From the NCBI GenBank assembly GCA_043228905.1, contig JBHGNT010000001.1, positions 14,570,001 to 14,634,000 of the forward strand: 64,000 bases of DNA, given 5' to 3'. This DNA is from Azolla caroliniana (Eukaryota; Plantae; Polypodiophyta). The position numbers and the translations under genes are program-made. Numbering within the stretch: the first letter of the stretch is position 1; every line of letters begins with the position of its first letter. The notes below the pieces were generated by a model. That model was not told the origin of the DNA and did no database searches. It saw only the letters and a list, made by a program, of their open reading frames with translations. This document shows positions 1 to 13,748 of this stretch, piece by piece.

Positions 1-1625
1 AATGATGCTTGTTATGTTTGAGTGCATGAGGTGAAACTTGTATTTGAGCATTGAGATGAGCAAACTTGAAAAACAACGAAAGGAAATAGTTTACAATGGG
101 GTAGGAAATAATGAACAGAGGAAGCAAAAGCAAAAGCAAAAGCAAAAGCAAAATGTGAATTAGTGGGTTTGGTGTGGCAATACCTAAGACAACAATAAGA
201 AAAAACAAGAGCAAGAATGAGAGTGAACCTCAAATAACAGTGCAATATTGATTTTAGTCTAATATGAGCTCAAAGTTCTTGTTTGGACAAAGCTACGAAT
301 TGAGACAAAAATTTATTGCATAAACCAAGCTAAGATGATCAACATATGGAATAAGGATGATGAAATTTCCATCTTCAGCCTTCTTGGTGTACAAACACAC
401 ATTTTCATCATGATGAAGGTAGTCATTGGATTGCATGTGTTAGTGGAGCTACATATATCATTCTAAGGGAAATGCTCGAGCCCATGAAGACTCTTTTTCA
501 GCATGCAATGGAATGTTCCTTTTGGGGAAAGATGGAATCGCAACACATTGAATATAAAATTTGTCATAAACATCATCATGAAAGAAGAAGCATTTTACAT
601 CAAGTTTGTCAAACTTCCATATAATAACAATCGAAAGGAAACACCAAATGGTGGAAAATTTGACAACAAAATATTTTGTCCAAGTTAGTACCATGCTAAT
701 GCTTAAAGCTTCATGTAATGACATGTGCTTGTAGTTAGGCTTTTCATTTGGACCGATTGTTATTGTGGGGGAAGTTCACAAGCTCATGTGCATTGTTTTG
801 AAATATGGGCTTAATCTTCAATTCCATCACCAATTTCCAGGTCAATCTATATGTCATCTTCATATTTTTTGATGAAGCATGAGAGTTCACAAACCTATAG
901 CCCATGTCACCTTTTGGGACTAAAGAAAAATAAGACCAACTTTTTCACCCTTCGGAAACTATGGGAAATGAAACCTCACATCCTTCGCTTGATGTTTGAG
1001 ATTACACCAAAGATAATTCAATGCATGGACATAAGATTCACATGGAAGGACTCAAAGATGGTAAAAAAAGGAAAAGTAGTTCAAGAGTTTGCAAGGATTC
1101 TTGTGCTGAGCAATGTGTATGGGATGAATCACCGTTTGCATGTTTTACTCCAAAATGGTGAAAGGTTAGCTTTTCCAATGACTCCTCCATCAAGAAGGTA
1201 CCTGCTAGATGTGGACATAAGCGTTACATTCAAACACGTGAAGATAATATAGTTGTAAGAGAGCCCTTCCATTCCAAAAACATTCTCTACCTCCTTCATT
1301 GAATGATAACATGGGTGTAGTTGATAAGATGAGCCCCCATTTGCACACAACCCTAAAGTACAAGAATTTATGCATACAAAGTTGGTGACACTTCTTGGAT
1401 GGTCTAAAAATATTGAAGTTGATTGGCGGAAGATCTAGTACAATTATCACTATCCAAACATTAAATAAAAAAAATTGGATCAATTTCAACTTATTTAATC
1501 CATTCGAAAACAACTAAAGTATTGATATACCTAGTCAAGGCACAAATGTTGGAATTTACCTAAGCTTAAATAGAAGTTTATGTAAAAATGAATGCAAATT
1601 AGCACACAAAAATATATGAAATGAA
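1..1625 (+). mobile_element. Highly degenerate retroelement relic (target of Copia-1)
   Basis: No long ORF. Faint Copia-like protease motif (SHWIACVSGAT, about 421-453) and integrase-tail-like fragments. Continuous with 13749 across the ATGAA TSD. Confidence 0.3.
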
Positions 1626-1877
1626 TGTTGAAAATAACTTTAATTTAAAATAGAAACTAATTAGTTAGGAAGCATTATCTAAAAATAGGAGTGACTGTTA
1701 CAACTACAACAAACACATTTTAGATGTATTTAAATCACTACAATACCACATATTTGTGGGTGAGTTCATCAAAGAATACATGTACAAGTTTATACGTTAA
1801 TTCCAATATTTAGTTTTTAATCTCTTTCCTCTTCATCTCTGTCCTAATCTCTGTCTGTCGAAGTTATAATCCTTACA
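1626..1877 (+). repeat. Copia-1 5' LTR
   Basis: Direct repeat of 13497-13748 with about 12 mismatches by manual count; TG...CA ends. Confidence 0.95.
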
Positions 1878-1987
1878 TGGTATCAAAGCAGAGTTTTGAT
1901 AAAAAACCTGAAAGTTATCCTCTTGAGCCATATATCTCTAAACCATTAGTCATAATCCCTGCACACTCAAAGTTATCCACAATCAAT

Positions 1988-3054
1988 ATGACTACATCAA
2001 GTAGGAAATACGTCTTAGATAAGCTAACGGAGAAAAACTTCAAAAATTGGAAGTCGAAGATAGAATTGGTACTAGATATTGAAGGGCTTCTCGAGGTTGT
2101 GAATGGCACCTAGGAAGAACCAATAGATAAAACATAAGAAGAATGTAAAACATGGAAGGCTCGAGACAAAATGGCACGCTTAGAAATTCTACTACACGTA
2201 GATGACAAGCAAGCAGACATTATCCGAAGACTCACCACGACTGTTGCAATGTGGACAAAACTGAAAGAGCTGTACGAGCCACATGATGGTACGGCTAAGC
2301 TACATACATTAGGTGCATTTTTCAATAGGTGGCTGGGTTGCTGAAGCTACATGTCTGTTCAACAGGTAAAAACTTAAATATGTTGCAATATTCATTGTAA
2401 TACTGGACTATTTTGTAGATTGTCTTCTTTAAATACCAATGGAGGATATTTTTTTTGGAAAAAAACAAAACAAAGTGGAAGCTTCAAGGTGACATGTAGG
2501 TATTGTAAAAAGGATGGACACACAAAAAGAGTGCGTCGATTCAAGCAAGTTGATCTAAATAAAGCAAGTTGGCCACAAGCACATTGTGTGGAGATTCCAG
2601 AAGGTAATGATGATAAATTTGAATACTCTTCGGATAATGGAGAAGAACAGAATGAAGAAGTTATACATCCAAGCATATCACATCAATACTAATGGAGGGG
2701 GAAATAAACGAGATCATGATACTTGGTTTCTCGATACGGGTGCTACACACCATCTTACTTATCGGAAGGATTGGTTGGAGGAGTATCAAGAACTACCAAC
2801 CCTACTTAGGGTTGTATTCGAAGACAATGGATAGAAACTAGAAGTGGGAAAAGGTAACATTTGTTTGATAATGGAAAATGATAATCACATAAAAATTACA
2901 GATGTGTATTATGTACCTGGAGTGGCAAAACACTTATTGTCAGTTGGACAAGCTACCAACAATGGGCTCACTATCGAATTCACTAAGAACCAAGCCATGA
3001 TACATCTCCATAAAGGCAAGAGCAAAGCTATAATATGTCCCAAGCAAGGCCATC
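1988..3054 (+). pseudogene. gag: Copia-1 gag/protease (stops, frameshifts)
   Basis: DKLTEKNFKNWKSKIELVL gag N-terminus, CRYCKKDGH zinc knuckle, WFLDTGATHH protease, YVPGVAKHLLSVGQ. Confidence 0.85.
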
Positions 3055-3510
3055 TGTTACGGGCATGACCATATAATATCCCGTGGTAAGAATTTACCGT
3101 AGTATTCTATACACGTGGATAAGTGTGAGGGTTAAACGAGAGTGTAAAGAAGGGGAGGATTACTTTTAATCCTCGGGATTGAGACAACCCATTAGGTCAA
3201 GTGTGAACTTGCCTGGGGGCCTTGGGTATCGCTATAAATAAGAGGCCTAGCTACCCTCATTGGATCATCTTTTTGACTACATCGAGACTCTGCTCGTGTG
3301 GTGGGTCAACTCTTGTAGCGAGCGCGCCAGCACCAGGTACGACTCGACGCCACGGCGGTGGTATGGGACGCCGATCGAGGCTCGAGTCCGTCTCGATCCC
3401 TTCGCTCGGGGGTGGTCGGGTGGATCGGCACCCTTCTTTCTCTTTCTCCTTTCTATCTTTCATTTCTTTATCCTTATCTTAAGCTTACTTTAGTACCTAG
3501 ATCTATAATA
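3055..3510 (+). repeat. Chromovirus 5' LTR (TG...TA ends)
   Basis: Direct repeat of 9603-10058; contains TATAAATA. Confidence 0.95.
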
Positions 3511-3759
3511 TTTGGTATCAGATTTTTGTACTAATGTTTCTTTGTTTTTCATTTGTCTTTTGATTGATGCTGATCGACCGTTGTGCGGTTGGCCTTGATC
3601 TAGACAACGATCAACAAAGAACTTCGGTAACTCTTTCCATAATTTTTCTTTCTATTCTCTCTTGTCCCATCTAATCATGTGTTTAGTTTATATGTAATTT
3701 TTTTCATTAAGTCAATGATGTTGTAGTGGTCTTTAATTGATTATCTAAAACGTTTACAT

Positions 3760-4020
3760 ATGTGCACGAGGTCAATACCTCGTTTGACATATTAATAATA
3801 TGTGATGAGTGTCGTATGCGTACGAGGTTAATACCTCAATTACGTATTACTTTCACGAACATATGTTACGTTTGCGTATGATTTTAATACCTTGATTTGT
3901 TGTAAACGATATGCGGTTGGTCTCGTATTCGTAAGAGGTCAATACCTCAATTGCGTATTACGATGATCTCTTATTTGTGGATGTTTCGTGTGCGTAGAGG
4001 TATATACCTCGATTACGTAT
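3760..4020 (+). repeat. Five degenerate hairpin units (GAGGT-loop-ACCTC) at about 56-62 bp spacing in the chromovirus 5' leader
   Basis: Cores at about 3768, 3824, 3880 (degenerate), 3935 and 3997. The first is a perfect ACGAGGT-CAAT-ACCTCGT. Confidence 0.75.
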
Positions 4021-5192
4021 CTCGATCACATCATTTGTGGCTATTTAATATAACGATATGTTTAATATAGGCATATGTGGTCACATATATACGTATTTGA
4101 TCGTATATATGTGAAAAGTAAACATATGTGTATATTCGTTATTACGTGATTATGTCGAAAGTTGTCATGGTCGGGAAAAGGATGTTGGTGGCCGTCCTCA
4201 CATTTTTGTGAGAATGGCGTTGTCACCATCCCTTTTTCAACAATTTTTTATTGTTGATAACCCCGTTGATGACCTCGATTTCGTTACGTAAAGAAACGCA
4301 AATAGCCATAATGATGTTGAGTACGTAGGGCTTGACCCACTTCAAGTGAGGTCGCTCCAATGACGCACGTATCCAACATCCCTCCCTCGTTACATGGATA
4401 CGATGCCACCATGAGCTCGTTCTTACGAGAGGCATTCGTAATGATGTGACCATGTGATGGCCCAAGTGAGCCTACTACGAAACAAGGGCTCATTTGGCTT
4501 CACCATTAGGTTGCACTTTGGCGTATGCCATCGTAATTACGAGACTTGAGGATAGGTAACGTACCAACATAGTTTTGGTAAATGAGGGCGAAATAAGGAC
4601 CCTTGACATATATGTTCTTTGAAAAAAAACATATATGATCTCGCATATCTCTTATACGCATCAAACATTAAGCATTCGAGAAGAGCAACTTACTTGGTTG
4701 GCTCAAGTGTTTAATGTATTTGTTCTCGAGGTCTCGAGTTCAAATATGACCAAGACCATACAACATCCTTGATACATATGACTATAACACATGTTTAGAC
4801 TTAAGGTCTAAGTGCACCTCGGGGTCCTCGTAATAGGACTTAAAGAGCCGAAACCACATATGTGGGCACCGAAACATAGTTTATTGTTAACATTTTTTTC
4901 GTGTATAAACTATTCATGACGCGAACATACATGGTTGAGCCTCGGGGAGCCACCATGAAAAAATCGATATAGAGATCAGGGAAAGACATTTATTTGTCAC
5001 CCCCATGGTTTTTAAAACACCTTTGTGTTACCATAGTAACCTGATCTTGAACCTCATCTCATACGTCTAGAGGGGTATTGACGTGAGATCATGATATCGA
5101 TTAATGTTTGCCCATGATATGTTTACATCACGACATGATGTTATGACTATCTCTCTGACCTTATCCTATTTCTTTTCCAGAAATAATCTTTA

Positions 5193-8100
5193 ATGGCTCA
5201 AATTAACGACCCCATGTCATCCGCTCAAGCGGAAGGAACTCAAGGGAATCCTCCTGGACAAATGTCCACTGAGATGTATTTGGCACAAATAACCCAATAC
5301 CTTAGTTTCACCGCTCAACAGATGACCGAACTTCGGCAATCTCAGAGTGCTCTTGAGGCACGTGTCATTAGTCTACAACGTGAGACTAATAGACCTGATG
5401 AGTGACAAGGTGAACCATCATTTGTCGTTAAGCCATTTACCGGAGACAAAAAGGAAAGAACCGAAGAAGCAATCTGCACATGGCTAGGACGATGGGAGTC
5501 TCATTTTGAGCTCTATCCCACGCCAAATAGTACGAAGATTGCATATGTCGGCCGAGAACTCGGGGGTAAGGCCGCCGCCTGGTGGCGTGGCCTCCGTACT
5601 ATGGGGAAATTGCCCGATACCTGGACAGATTTTGTCACGGTTTTTAAGGGCCAATTTCTGCAACCTCCCTCTCGAACCGAGGCAGCACAAGCTTTAATGA
5701 ACCTCTCTAGCAGGAAATTTTCCTCGCTAGAAGACTATGTTCACCATGCTAGAACCCAAATCCAAAAATCGGGTCTAGAAGGGGACAATTGGTTGATAGC
5801 TTGTTTTGTCAATGGCATCCCCAATTCGGACTATCACTGGATAGTGCACGATAAGGATCCAAAATCCTTCGAAGAGGCCGTTGAAATAGTTCTTCGCTAT
5901 CAACGCACTTTGAAGAAGGACCATAACAAACCCAACGAAGTGCCCGGGACTAAGCAGTTGCAATTTGTTGGGAAACGCAAGACACCCAACGAATTCCTGG
6001 ATCGCGATTGTAAGCGACAACATCCTTTTTGTGTATTCTGCAAAAAGAAGGGTCATACAAAAGATCAATGTCGAAAGCTCCAACGGAAAGAGCACGACAA
6101 CAAAGCTAAAGCTGCAGACCATAAAGGTCAGATTCCTAATGTCCTTCAGGTCTATACACATCATTTAAGTAATTGTGAATGTTCTTTCCCTCACTATGTA
6201 TTGGGTCCCAATGATTTACTACGTGCAAACGGGTATATCAATAGATCTCCCGTACAATTTTTATTTGATTCGGGAAGCTCACACAATTTTGTGAATGATC
6301 GTTTGGTTCAGATATGGGGAATCCAACCCACCGTAAGTGATCACACCTACACGGTGCACTTGGCTGATGGAAGAGTACAATACATCAACGGGGCGATTCA
6401 TTCATTAGGAATTTCTATTGATACTTATATAGAGGAAGTAGACTTCCATGTAATGAATCTTTGTACCACCGATGTAATACTGGGTTATCCCTGGTTTTAT
6501 AATAAAAACTCTTCTTTATTTATTGATTGGGTTCGTCATTCCATTTCTTTTGTACTGAACGATTGTACGCATTTTATTCAATGTGTAAAAAAACAATCCC
6601 TCTCGATTGTTTCCTCGTGTCCATCAATATCCGAGTTGTCTTGTTCTACGTTATTTTATTGTGTACTTGATCCGGACATTCACGTTTACAATATTGATAA
6701 TGTCCCGATTCAATTAACATATTTTGAACAACAACAACTTGATGAAATCTTAAATGATTTTCATGATGTTTTTCCAAGTGAACTACCTAATGGGTTACCT
6801 CCTAAATGTAATATAGACCATCGTATAGATATTGTACCTGGTGTTGCACCAATAAGTATACCTCCGTATCGCTTAAGTCGATCCGAAGAAGATGAGGTAT
6901 CTAAGCAACTCAAGGACTATTTACGAATGGGTTATATACGTTATAGTAAATCTCCATGGGGTGCACCAGTTCTCTTGGTTAAAAAGAAAGAGGGCACATG
7001 GCGTATGTGTATTAATTACCGACGCTTGAATAAAGTGACGATCAAGAATTCGTATCCATTGCCCCGGGCTGACGATCTAATTGACCGTCTCCAGGGAGCT
7101 CGGTATTTTACAAAACTTGATCTCCGTACTGGCTACCATCAAATACGAATAAGTGAGGACGATGTTCCTAAAACGGCATTTCGTACGCGCTATGGCCATT
7201 ACGAGTTTTTGGTTATGCCTTTTGGTTTGGCCAATGCTCCGGCTACTTTTCAACAAGAAATGAATGACATTTTCCGAGAACAACTTGGAAAATTTGTCGT
7301 TATTTTCTTGGATGATATTTTAGTTTATAGCCGTACATTACAAGAACATGCTAGACATGTCCGCTTTGTTTTACAAACATTGCGTGACAAACAATTTTAT
7401 GCGAAGATCTCAAAATGTGAGTTCTTCAAGAAATCAATTACTTATCTAGGACATCTCATAACCGAACGAGGAGTTGAAATTGATCCTTCTCGCATTGAGA
7501 AAATCAAGCTTTGGCCCACTCTTCGGAAGTTCGATCATTCCTTGGTTTTGTGGGGTTTTTGCGAAAGTCTCTTCGTAATTACTCCCAATTGACGACGCCG
7601 TTTACTGATCTTTTAAAAGGTCAAACTCGTAAGTCTACAAAACCTATTGTGTGGAATGCTACACTAGACCTCGCCTTTAAGGAACTGAAGGACCTGGTTT
7701 GCAAGGCTCCTTCACTTCTTTTACCTGATCCTTCAAAACCTTTTGAGGTTGAAACCGATGCAAGCGATTATGCTATAGGTGCTGTCTTGTATCAAGATGG
7801 TAAACCAATAGCATTCGAGAGTAAGAAACTTGATTCTGCTCAATGTCGGTATACCGTTCAAGAAAAGGAATTATTTGCAGTTATACATGCGCTCAAAACA
7901 TGGCGCCATTATCTTTATGGAAATCACTTTGTGGTAACTACGGACCACGAGTCCTTGAAATATTTTTGTGACCAACAAGACCTGAAAGGTCGTAAGGCAC
8001 GATGGGTTGATCTCATCCAGGACTTTGATTTTTCCATACGATATCGTAAAGGTTCCATGAACACTGTCGCTGATGCACTAAGTCGCATCCGTGAAGTTAA

Positions 8101-9616
8101 CACGCTTAGCTTCACTGAAATATCATCAGATCTTTATGATCACCTTCGAGGAAAGTATCCTGATGACAGTTATTTCGCAAAATACTGGGCAAGAGTTGAG
8201 TCTGGAACAGACACCACCACATCCTCGAAGGAATACTTCCACATTGCTAACGGTTTGCTCTACCGTAATGGGAAGGTTTGTGTTCCAGATTTACCCGAGG
8301 TCAAAAAGAGGATTCTTTTTGAATGCCATGATGCACCCTCAGCAGGGCACCCTGGAATACATCGCACACTCGTTCTCATCTCCACTCAATTTTATTGGCC
8401 TAAGATGCGTCCTGACATACATAGCTATGTGACTAAATGTCACCAGTGTCAGGTTAACAAAGCCGAGCGACTTAAAGCCGCAGGACTTTTACATCCCTTG
8501 GACATTCCCAATAATAAGTGGGAAAGTATATCCATGGATTTTATTGTTAGCCTTCCTCGCACCCAAAAAGGTCATGATGCCATCTGGGTTGTCGTTGATC
8601 GACTAACTAAAATGGCCAGATTTATTGCTACTAAAACCACGGTAACAGCTCCTGAATTGGCTTACCAATTCGTTGACGAATTGTTTCGTTTTTATGGGTT
8701 ACCGATGGATATCGTGAGTGATCGAGATCCAAAGTTTACTAGTGACTTCTGGACACAAGTCTTTAAGAAGTTAGAAACTACGTTGAGCATGAGCTCCACG
8801 GATCATGCTCAATCCGATGGACAGACAGAACGAGTAAATCAAATTATTGAGGACATGCTTCGAGCATACGTTGGTGCAAAACCAACAAAATGGGAACGTT
8901 ATCTCCCAATTTTGGAGTTTGCTTATAACAGCTCCAAGCATACGTCGACGGCATATAGTCCTTTTATGTTGATGTATGGTTTTTAGCCATGAGCCCCGAT
9001 TGATGTTAATATACATCATGATGAGTTGCGAAGTACGCAAAACTTTCTTCGGGATATGCAAGATATGTTGCATATTGCACGAGATAATATAAAAACAGCT
9101 CAAGATAGAGCGCGTTTTTATGCCGATCATCATAGGCAACCTCGTGTATTCAACCCTGGACAGAAGGTATTTTTACGTGTACCTCACAATTCTAAGACAT
9201 TGTCTACGGGTAAGTGCGCTAAGTTAGCCCCACGGTTTTGTGGACCTTTTACAGTCCTCAAACGCATTGGGTCATCAGCCTATCGTCTCGCTCTTCCCGA
9301 TGGTGTCGGAATTCATCCAGTCTTTCATGTGAGTCGTCTAAAAGAACTTCTAGGTTCTGGCGACAATACAGTTACGACTGAAACTTTGGTTACTTCTGAA
9401 GAATTATCTTCTAAACCACATGTACCAGAAAGAATTCTCGATGTTAAAGCAAAAAAATTACGTACTAAAGAAATCCGAGAATTTAAAATAAAATGGATGG
9501 ATAAATCAATAAAAGATGCCACATGGGAACGCGAAAATACTCTTAGAACTAACTTCCCTAACTTTCCATTGCAAGAGTGCAATGTTTTAAAGAGGGGGAG
9601 TATGTTACGGGCATGA
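5193..9616 (+). pseudogene. gag-pol: Chromovirus gag-pol polyprotein with chromodomain (stop at 5403, frameshift near 7520, stops near 8984-8992)
   Basis: [14 protein letters not shown] knuckle, [10 protein letters not shown] protease, FLDD RT, ETDASDYAIG RNase H, HHCC and DDE integrase, GPF motif, PERILD...KW...ATWE chromodomain. Confidence 0.95.
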
Positions 9617-10058
9617 CCATATAATATCCCGTGGTAAGAATTTACCGTAGTATTCTATACACGTGGATAAGTGTGAGGGTTAAACGAGAGTGTAAAGAAG
9701 GGGAGGATTACTTTTAATCCTCGGGATTGAGACAACCCATTAGGTCAAGTGTGAACTTGCCTGGGGGCCTTGGGTATCGCTATAAATAAGAGGCCTAGCT
9801 ACCCTCATTGGATCATCTTTTTGACTACATCGAGACTCTGCTCGTGTGGTGGGTCAACTCTTGTAGCGAGCGCGCCAGCACCAGGTACGACTCGACGCCA
9901 CGGCGGTGGTATGGGACGCCGATCGAGGCTCGAGTCCGTCTCGATCCCTTCGCTCGGGGGTGGTCGGGTGGATCGGCACCCTTCTTTCTCTTTCTCCTTT
10001 CTATCTTTCATTTCTTTATCCTTATCTTAAGCTTACTTTAGTACCTAGATCTATAATA
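9603..10058 (+). repeat. Chromovirus 3' LTR
   Basis: Copy of 3055-3510, preceded by the PPT and followed by TSD CCATC. Confidence 0.95.
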
Positions 10059-10063
10059 CCATC

Positions 10064-13000
10064 TATATCCTATTGCAGCAAAACAAATAGAGGCATTGTC
10101 AACAGAGGTATGTCAAAACCATAATCAAGATAATGTTTCTTCCACATACCTATGTCATTGCAGGCTTGGACACATACATATACGAGCACTACGAGAATGT
10201 CAAAAACAAAAATCTGTAAGAGGCCTGCCAACTGTAAGTTTCGAAACCCTCAAGGTATGTGAAGGCTGTCTCTACGGAAAGATGTCACATAAATCATTCT
10301 CACCAAGTAGCACAAACACGACTAAGCCACTACAATTAGTACATTTGGATCTATGTGGTCCATCTTCTATTCCATCTATGTTTGGTGCAAAATATTTCAT
10401 TACATTCATAGACAACACTACAAGATTCACAATAGTCAGTTTCTTGAAGCATAAGGCACAAGCATTTTCAACATTTAAAAGCCTTTTAGAAAACCAAACG
10501 AATCAATACAATCAAAGTCATCCGTAGTGACAATGGAGGGGAATTTACTTCAGAGAGTGGGAATTTACTTCAGTTTTGCCAACAACATGGAATCCTTCAT
10601 AAAAAATCAGTGCCATACACCCCTCAACAAAATGGTGTCGCTGAAAGGAAAAACCGAACACTTCTTAATGCTGCTAGAAGCATGCTAGCAACTAGCAAAA
10701 TGCACCACCGATTTTGGGAAGATGTAGTGGCAACAACGTGCTATCGGCAAAATAGGACTCCTCACCGTGCTCTACAAGGAGCTATACCATTCACACTATG
10801 GTATGGCCAATCTCATGATGTTCCACATCTCAAAGTCTTTGGAACAGTAGCATATACCTACATACAATCAAAGAACAAGTCAAAGCTAGAGAATCATTGC
10901 ACCAAAGGGAGGTTTATTGGATATGGAGACCCCTATGGAGTAAAAGCCTACAAGATTTATCTCCCTTAGTCAGGTAAACTTGTGTTTAGTCGATTTGTCA
11001 AGTTTGATGAAGAATTTGTGATTTGTGGTTAGGTTGGAAGATCAGAGACCTCATCCTTGGAGGGCATCTCATGTGACATCTTCCAAGACATGGCAACCAC
11101 AAGGGAAAAAGAAATAAACACTAGTGGATGCGGATTACAAAGGAAAACTTTAAAACAAGCACACACTGATGCAAACATGGGCGACGAAGTCGACTCAATG
11201 GGAGACCTTGAGGAGGAAAATAAAGTTTGTAGAAAATTTGATGAAGAACCCCAATATACTATCAAGACACGCAATAGAACCCATCAAGAAAGCCAAGCAA
11301 ACCCAGTACCATCAGACTCTACGGCAAAATGTGCCGCAGGCATGGGCATCAACAATAAAATCAAGACATACAATAAACAAATTCATCATGGAAACCCTTT
11401 ACTTGAAGCTGCAACCAGGTCTAAGAAGGAGATCCCTGCCTCGATGAGCTTGGATGATGTGGAAAGGAAGGGGATAGCATAACTCGAGCACCACATGAAA
11501 GCTGCAACGAAGTCCTCGACACCATCATCGACCGATGGGGCTGTTGGGAGATGCAAAGAACCTGCAAATAACAGGGAACGAGTTCAACCAACAAAATAAA
11601 ATAAAAGAAAGGAGGCAAACCTGATACAATCAGTGGAGCAGAGGGTATATTTAGTAATTCAACAATCCAAAACTGCATTAGATCAGAAGACAAAGATTCA
11701 GATGATGAACATTGTAACAAAGATGAGGCGTTAGAAAACAATAAAAAAGGGGGCAAGAAAAAAGTAAAACTGTTAAGTGACATATATAACACCATAAAAG
11801 AGCTCTCAAATCACTTCATTGTTGAAATCGAATCTGACATATTAACTTTTATAGCAGACATGAAAGATGAAGGAGGGGATCTTGCACCGATCATTAATCT
11901 TAAGCAAGCGCTCCGGAGCACAGAAAACGAATCTTGGATAGATGTTATGCAGACGGAGGCAGTTGCTCTTACTAAAAACAAGACATGAACTCTTGTCCCT
12001 CGACCGCCTAACTCCAACATTGTCAGTTGCAAATGGCTTTTTACCAATTGAAGTATGATGCTCATGGGACTCCAATTCAATTCAAAGCTCGATTGGTAGC
12101 TCGAGGCTTTTCACAAATTCCCGGCATCGACTATCATGAAACTTTCTCACCTACATTGAGAATCACATCCCTTTGTCTTTTGCTTGCAATATTAGCATAC
12201 CTCAAATTGGAAGTACATCATGCAGATATCGAAACAACATTTCTTCATGGAGATTTAGAAGAAACTATCTACATGGAACAACCCAAAATGATGAAAAATG
12301 AAAAGTATCCTGACTATGTATGCAAGCTACACAAGCCATTGTATGGATTAAAACAATCTCCAAGACAATGGTATGCCAAGCTACATAAGTTCTTGCTCAA
12401 TGCCAACTTCACACGGCTTTACTCTAAACCAAACCTATATGTACGGAAGACAAAATCAGAATTCATCATATTAGGAGTTTATGTGGATGACTTGCCCATA
12501 GTAGGAACTTCTAAAAAATAGATACTAGAGGTGATCAAGGAGCTACAACATCATTTTCCGCTCAAGCATCTTGGGCCATTGGAGCATTTTCTTGGAATTC
12601 ATGTACAGAGGAATCAGAGCCTAGGGATACTATCACTTTCACAAGCAAAGTATGTGGACAACATCTTGAATAAATTCGACATGGTTGAATGCTCTCCGAT
12701 ATCCACACCACTCACTGTACCATGTAAGCTATCATCTCGAGACTCTCCTCAAAATGATGAAGAAGCATGTGTTATGAAGACCATTCCCTATCGCCAAGTA
12801 TTAGGGAGCCTTCGATACTTGGTGAGTTGCACAAGACCAGATTTGTCATTTTCAACTGGTTTTCTCTCAAGATTTATGGAAAAACCAGGTCTTAATCATT
12901 GGCCTGCACTCAAACAAGTACTACGGTACTTAAAGTACACTTGAAATATGGTACTCACTTATAAGGCATATTTTGGGGCAACATGGTTGTCAACACCACT

Positions 13001-13468
13001 ACAAGGATGGACTCATGCAGATTGGGGAGGATATGCTGATTCTTCTAGCTCCACATCAGGTTTTTTGTTTACTTTTGCAAGAGGAGCAATTGCATGGCGT
13101 ACAAAAAAGCAATCCACTGTCGCCCACTCCTCTACTGAAGCTGAATATATCACAACCACGCTTACACCTAAAGAAGGTCTTTGGCTTCGATCGATAATCC
13201 AAGAATTAGATATTTTAAAAATTTCCAAATTTAGGTTATGGTGTGACAATTAGTCATGTGTCAAGATCACCAAGAACCCAAAAATCACCGATCAAAATAA
13301 ACATATTCGGGCCCGATACCACTTTATAACAGAATTGGTCGAAGAACATAACCTCGACATAAACTATACCCCTACTCCAGACATGTGGGCCGATTTCTTA
13401 ACGAAGCCAGTTCCAAGTATTAAACATTGGAATTGTTGCAAAAATATTGGGTTGAGTCTCTCTCAATA
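10064..13468 (+). pseudogene. pol: Copia-1 integrase, reverse transcriptase and RNase H (disrupted)
   Basis: [69 protein letters not shown]. Confidence 0.93.
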
Positions 13469-13496
13469 ACCTATAGGAATTAGAGTTAAGGGGGGG

Positions 13497-13748
13497 TGTT
13501 GAAAATAACTCTAATTTTAAATAGAAACTAATTAGTTAGGAAGCATTATCTAAAAATAGGAGTGACTGTTACAATTGCAACAATCACATTTTAGATGTAT
13601 TTAAATTACTACAATACCACATATTTGTGGGTTAGTTCATCAAAGAATACATGTACAAGTTTATATGTTAATTCCAATATTTAGTTTGTAATCTCTTACC
13701 TCTTCATCTCTGTCCTAATCTCTGTCCTTCGAAGTTATAATCCTTACA
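13497..13748 (+). repeat. Copia-1 3' LTR
   Basis: Repeat of 1626-1877, followed by TSD ATGAA. Confidence 0.95.

Larger units (their letters stand above)
3055..10058 (+). mobile_element. Ty3/Gypsy chromovirus, full length, recent insertion
   Basis: 456-bp LTRs with no mismatch seen. TSD CCATC at 3050-3054 and 10059-10063. PBS TGGTATCAGA at 3513, PPT AAGAGGGGGAG before 9603. Order gag-PR-RT-RH-INT-chromodomain. Confidence 0.97.
1626..13748 (+). mobile_element. Ty1/Copia LTR retrotransposon (Copia-1), degenerate, interrupted by a chromovirus
   Basis: 252-bp LTRs TGTTG...TTACA. TSD ATGAA at 1621-1625 and 13749-13753. PBS TGGTATCAAAGC at 1878, G-rich PPT before 13497. Domain order gag-PR-INT-RT-RH. 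Confidence 0.95.

Noticed and set aside
3760-4020. CRISPR-like repeat/spacer appearance
   Set aside because: Repeats are degenerate, lie in a retrotransposon leader in eukaryotic DNA, and no cas genes are present.
7500-7595. Programmed frameshift or stop readthrough in chromovirus pol
   Set aside because: The shift falls in the RT-RNase H connection, with no slippery site and apparent loss of bases. The stops fit C-to-T decay.
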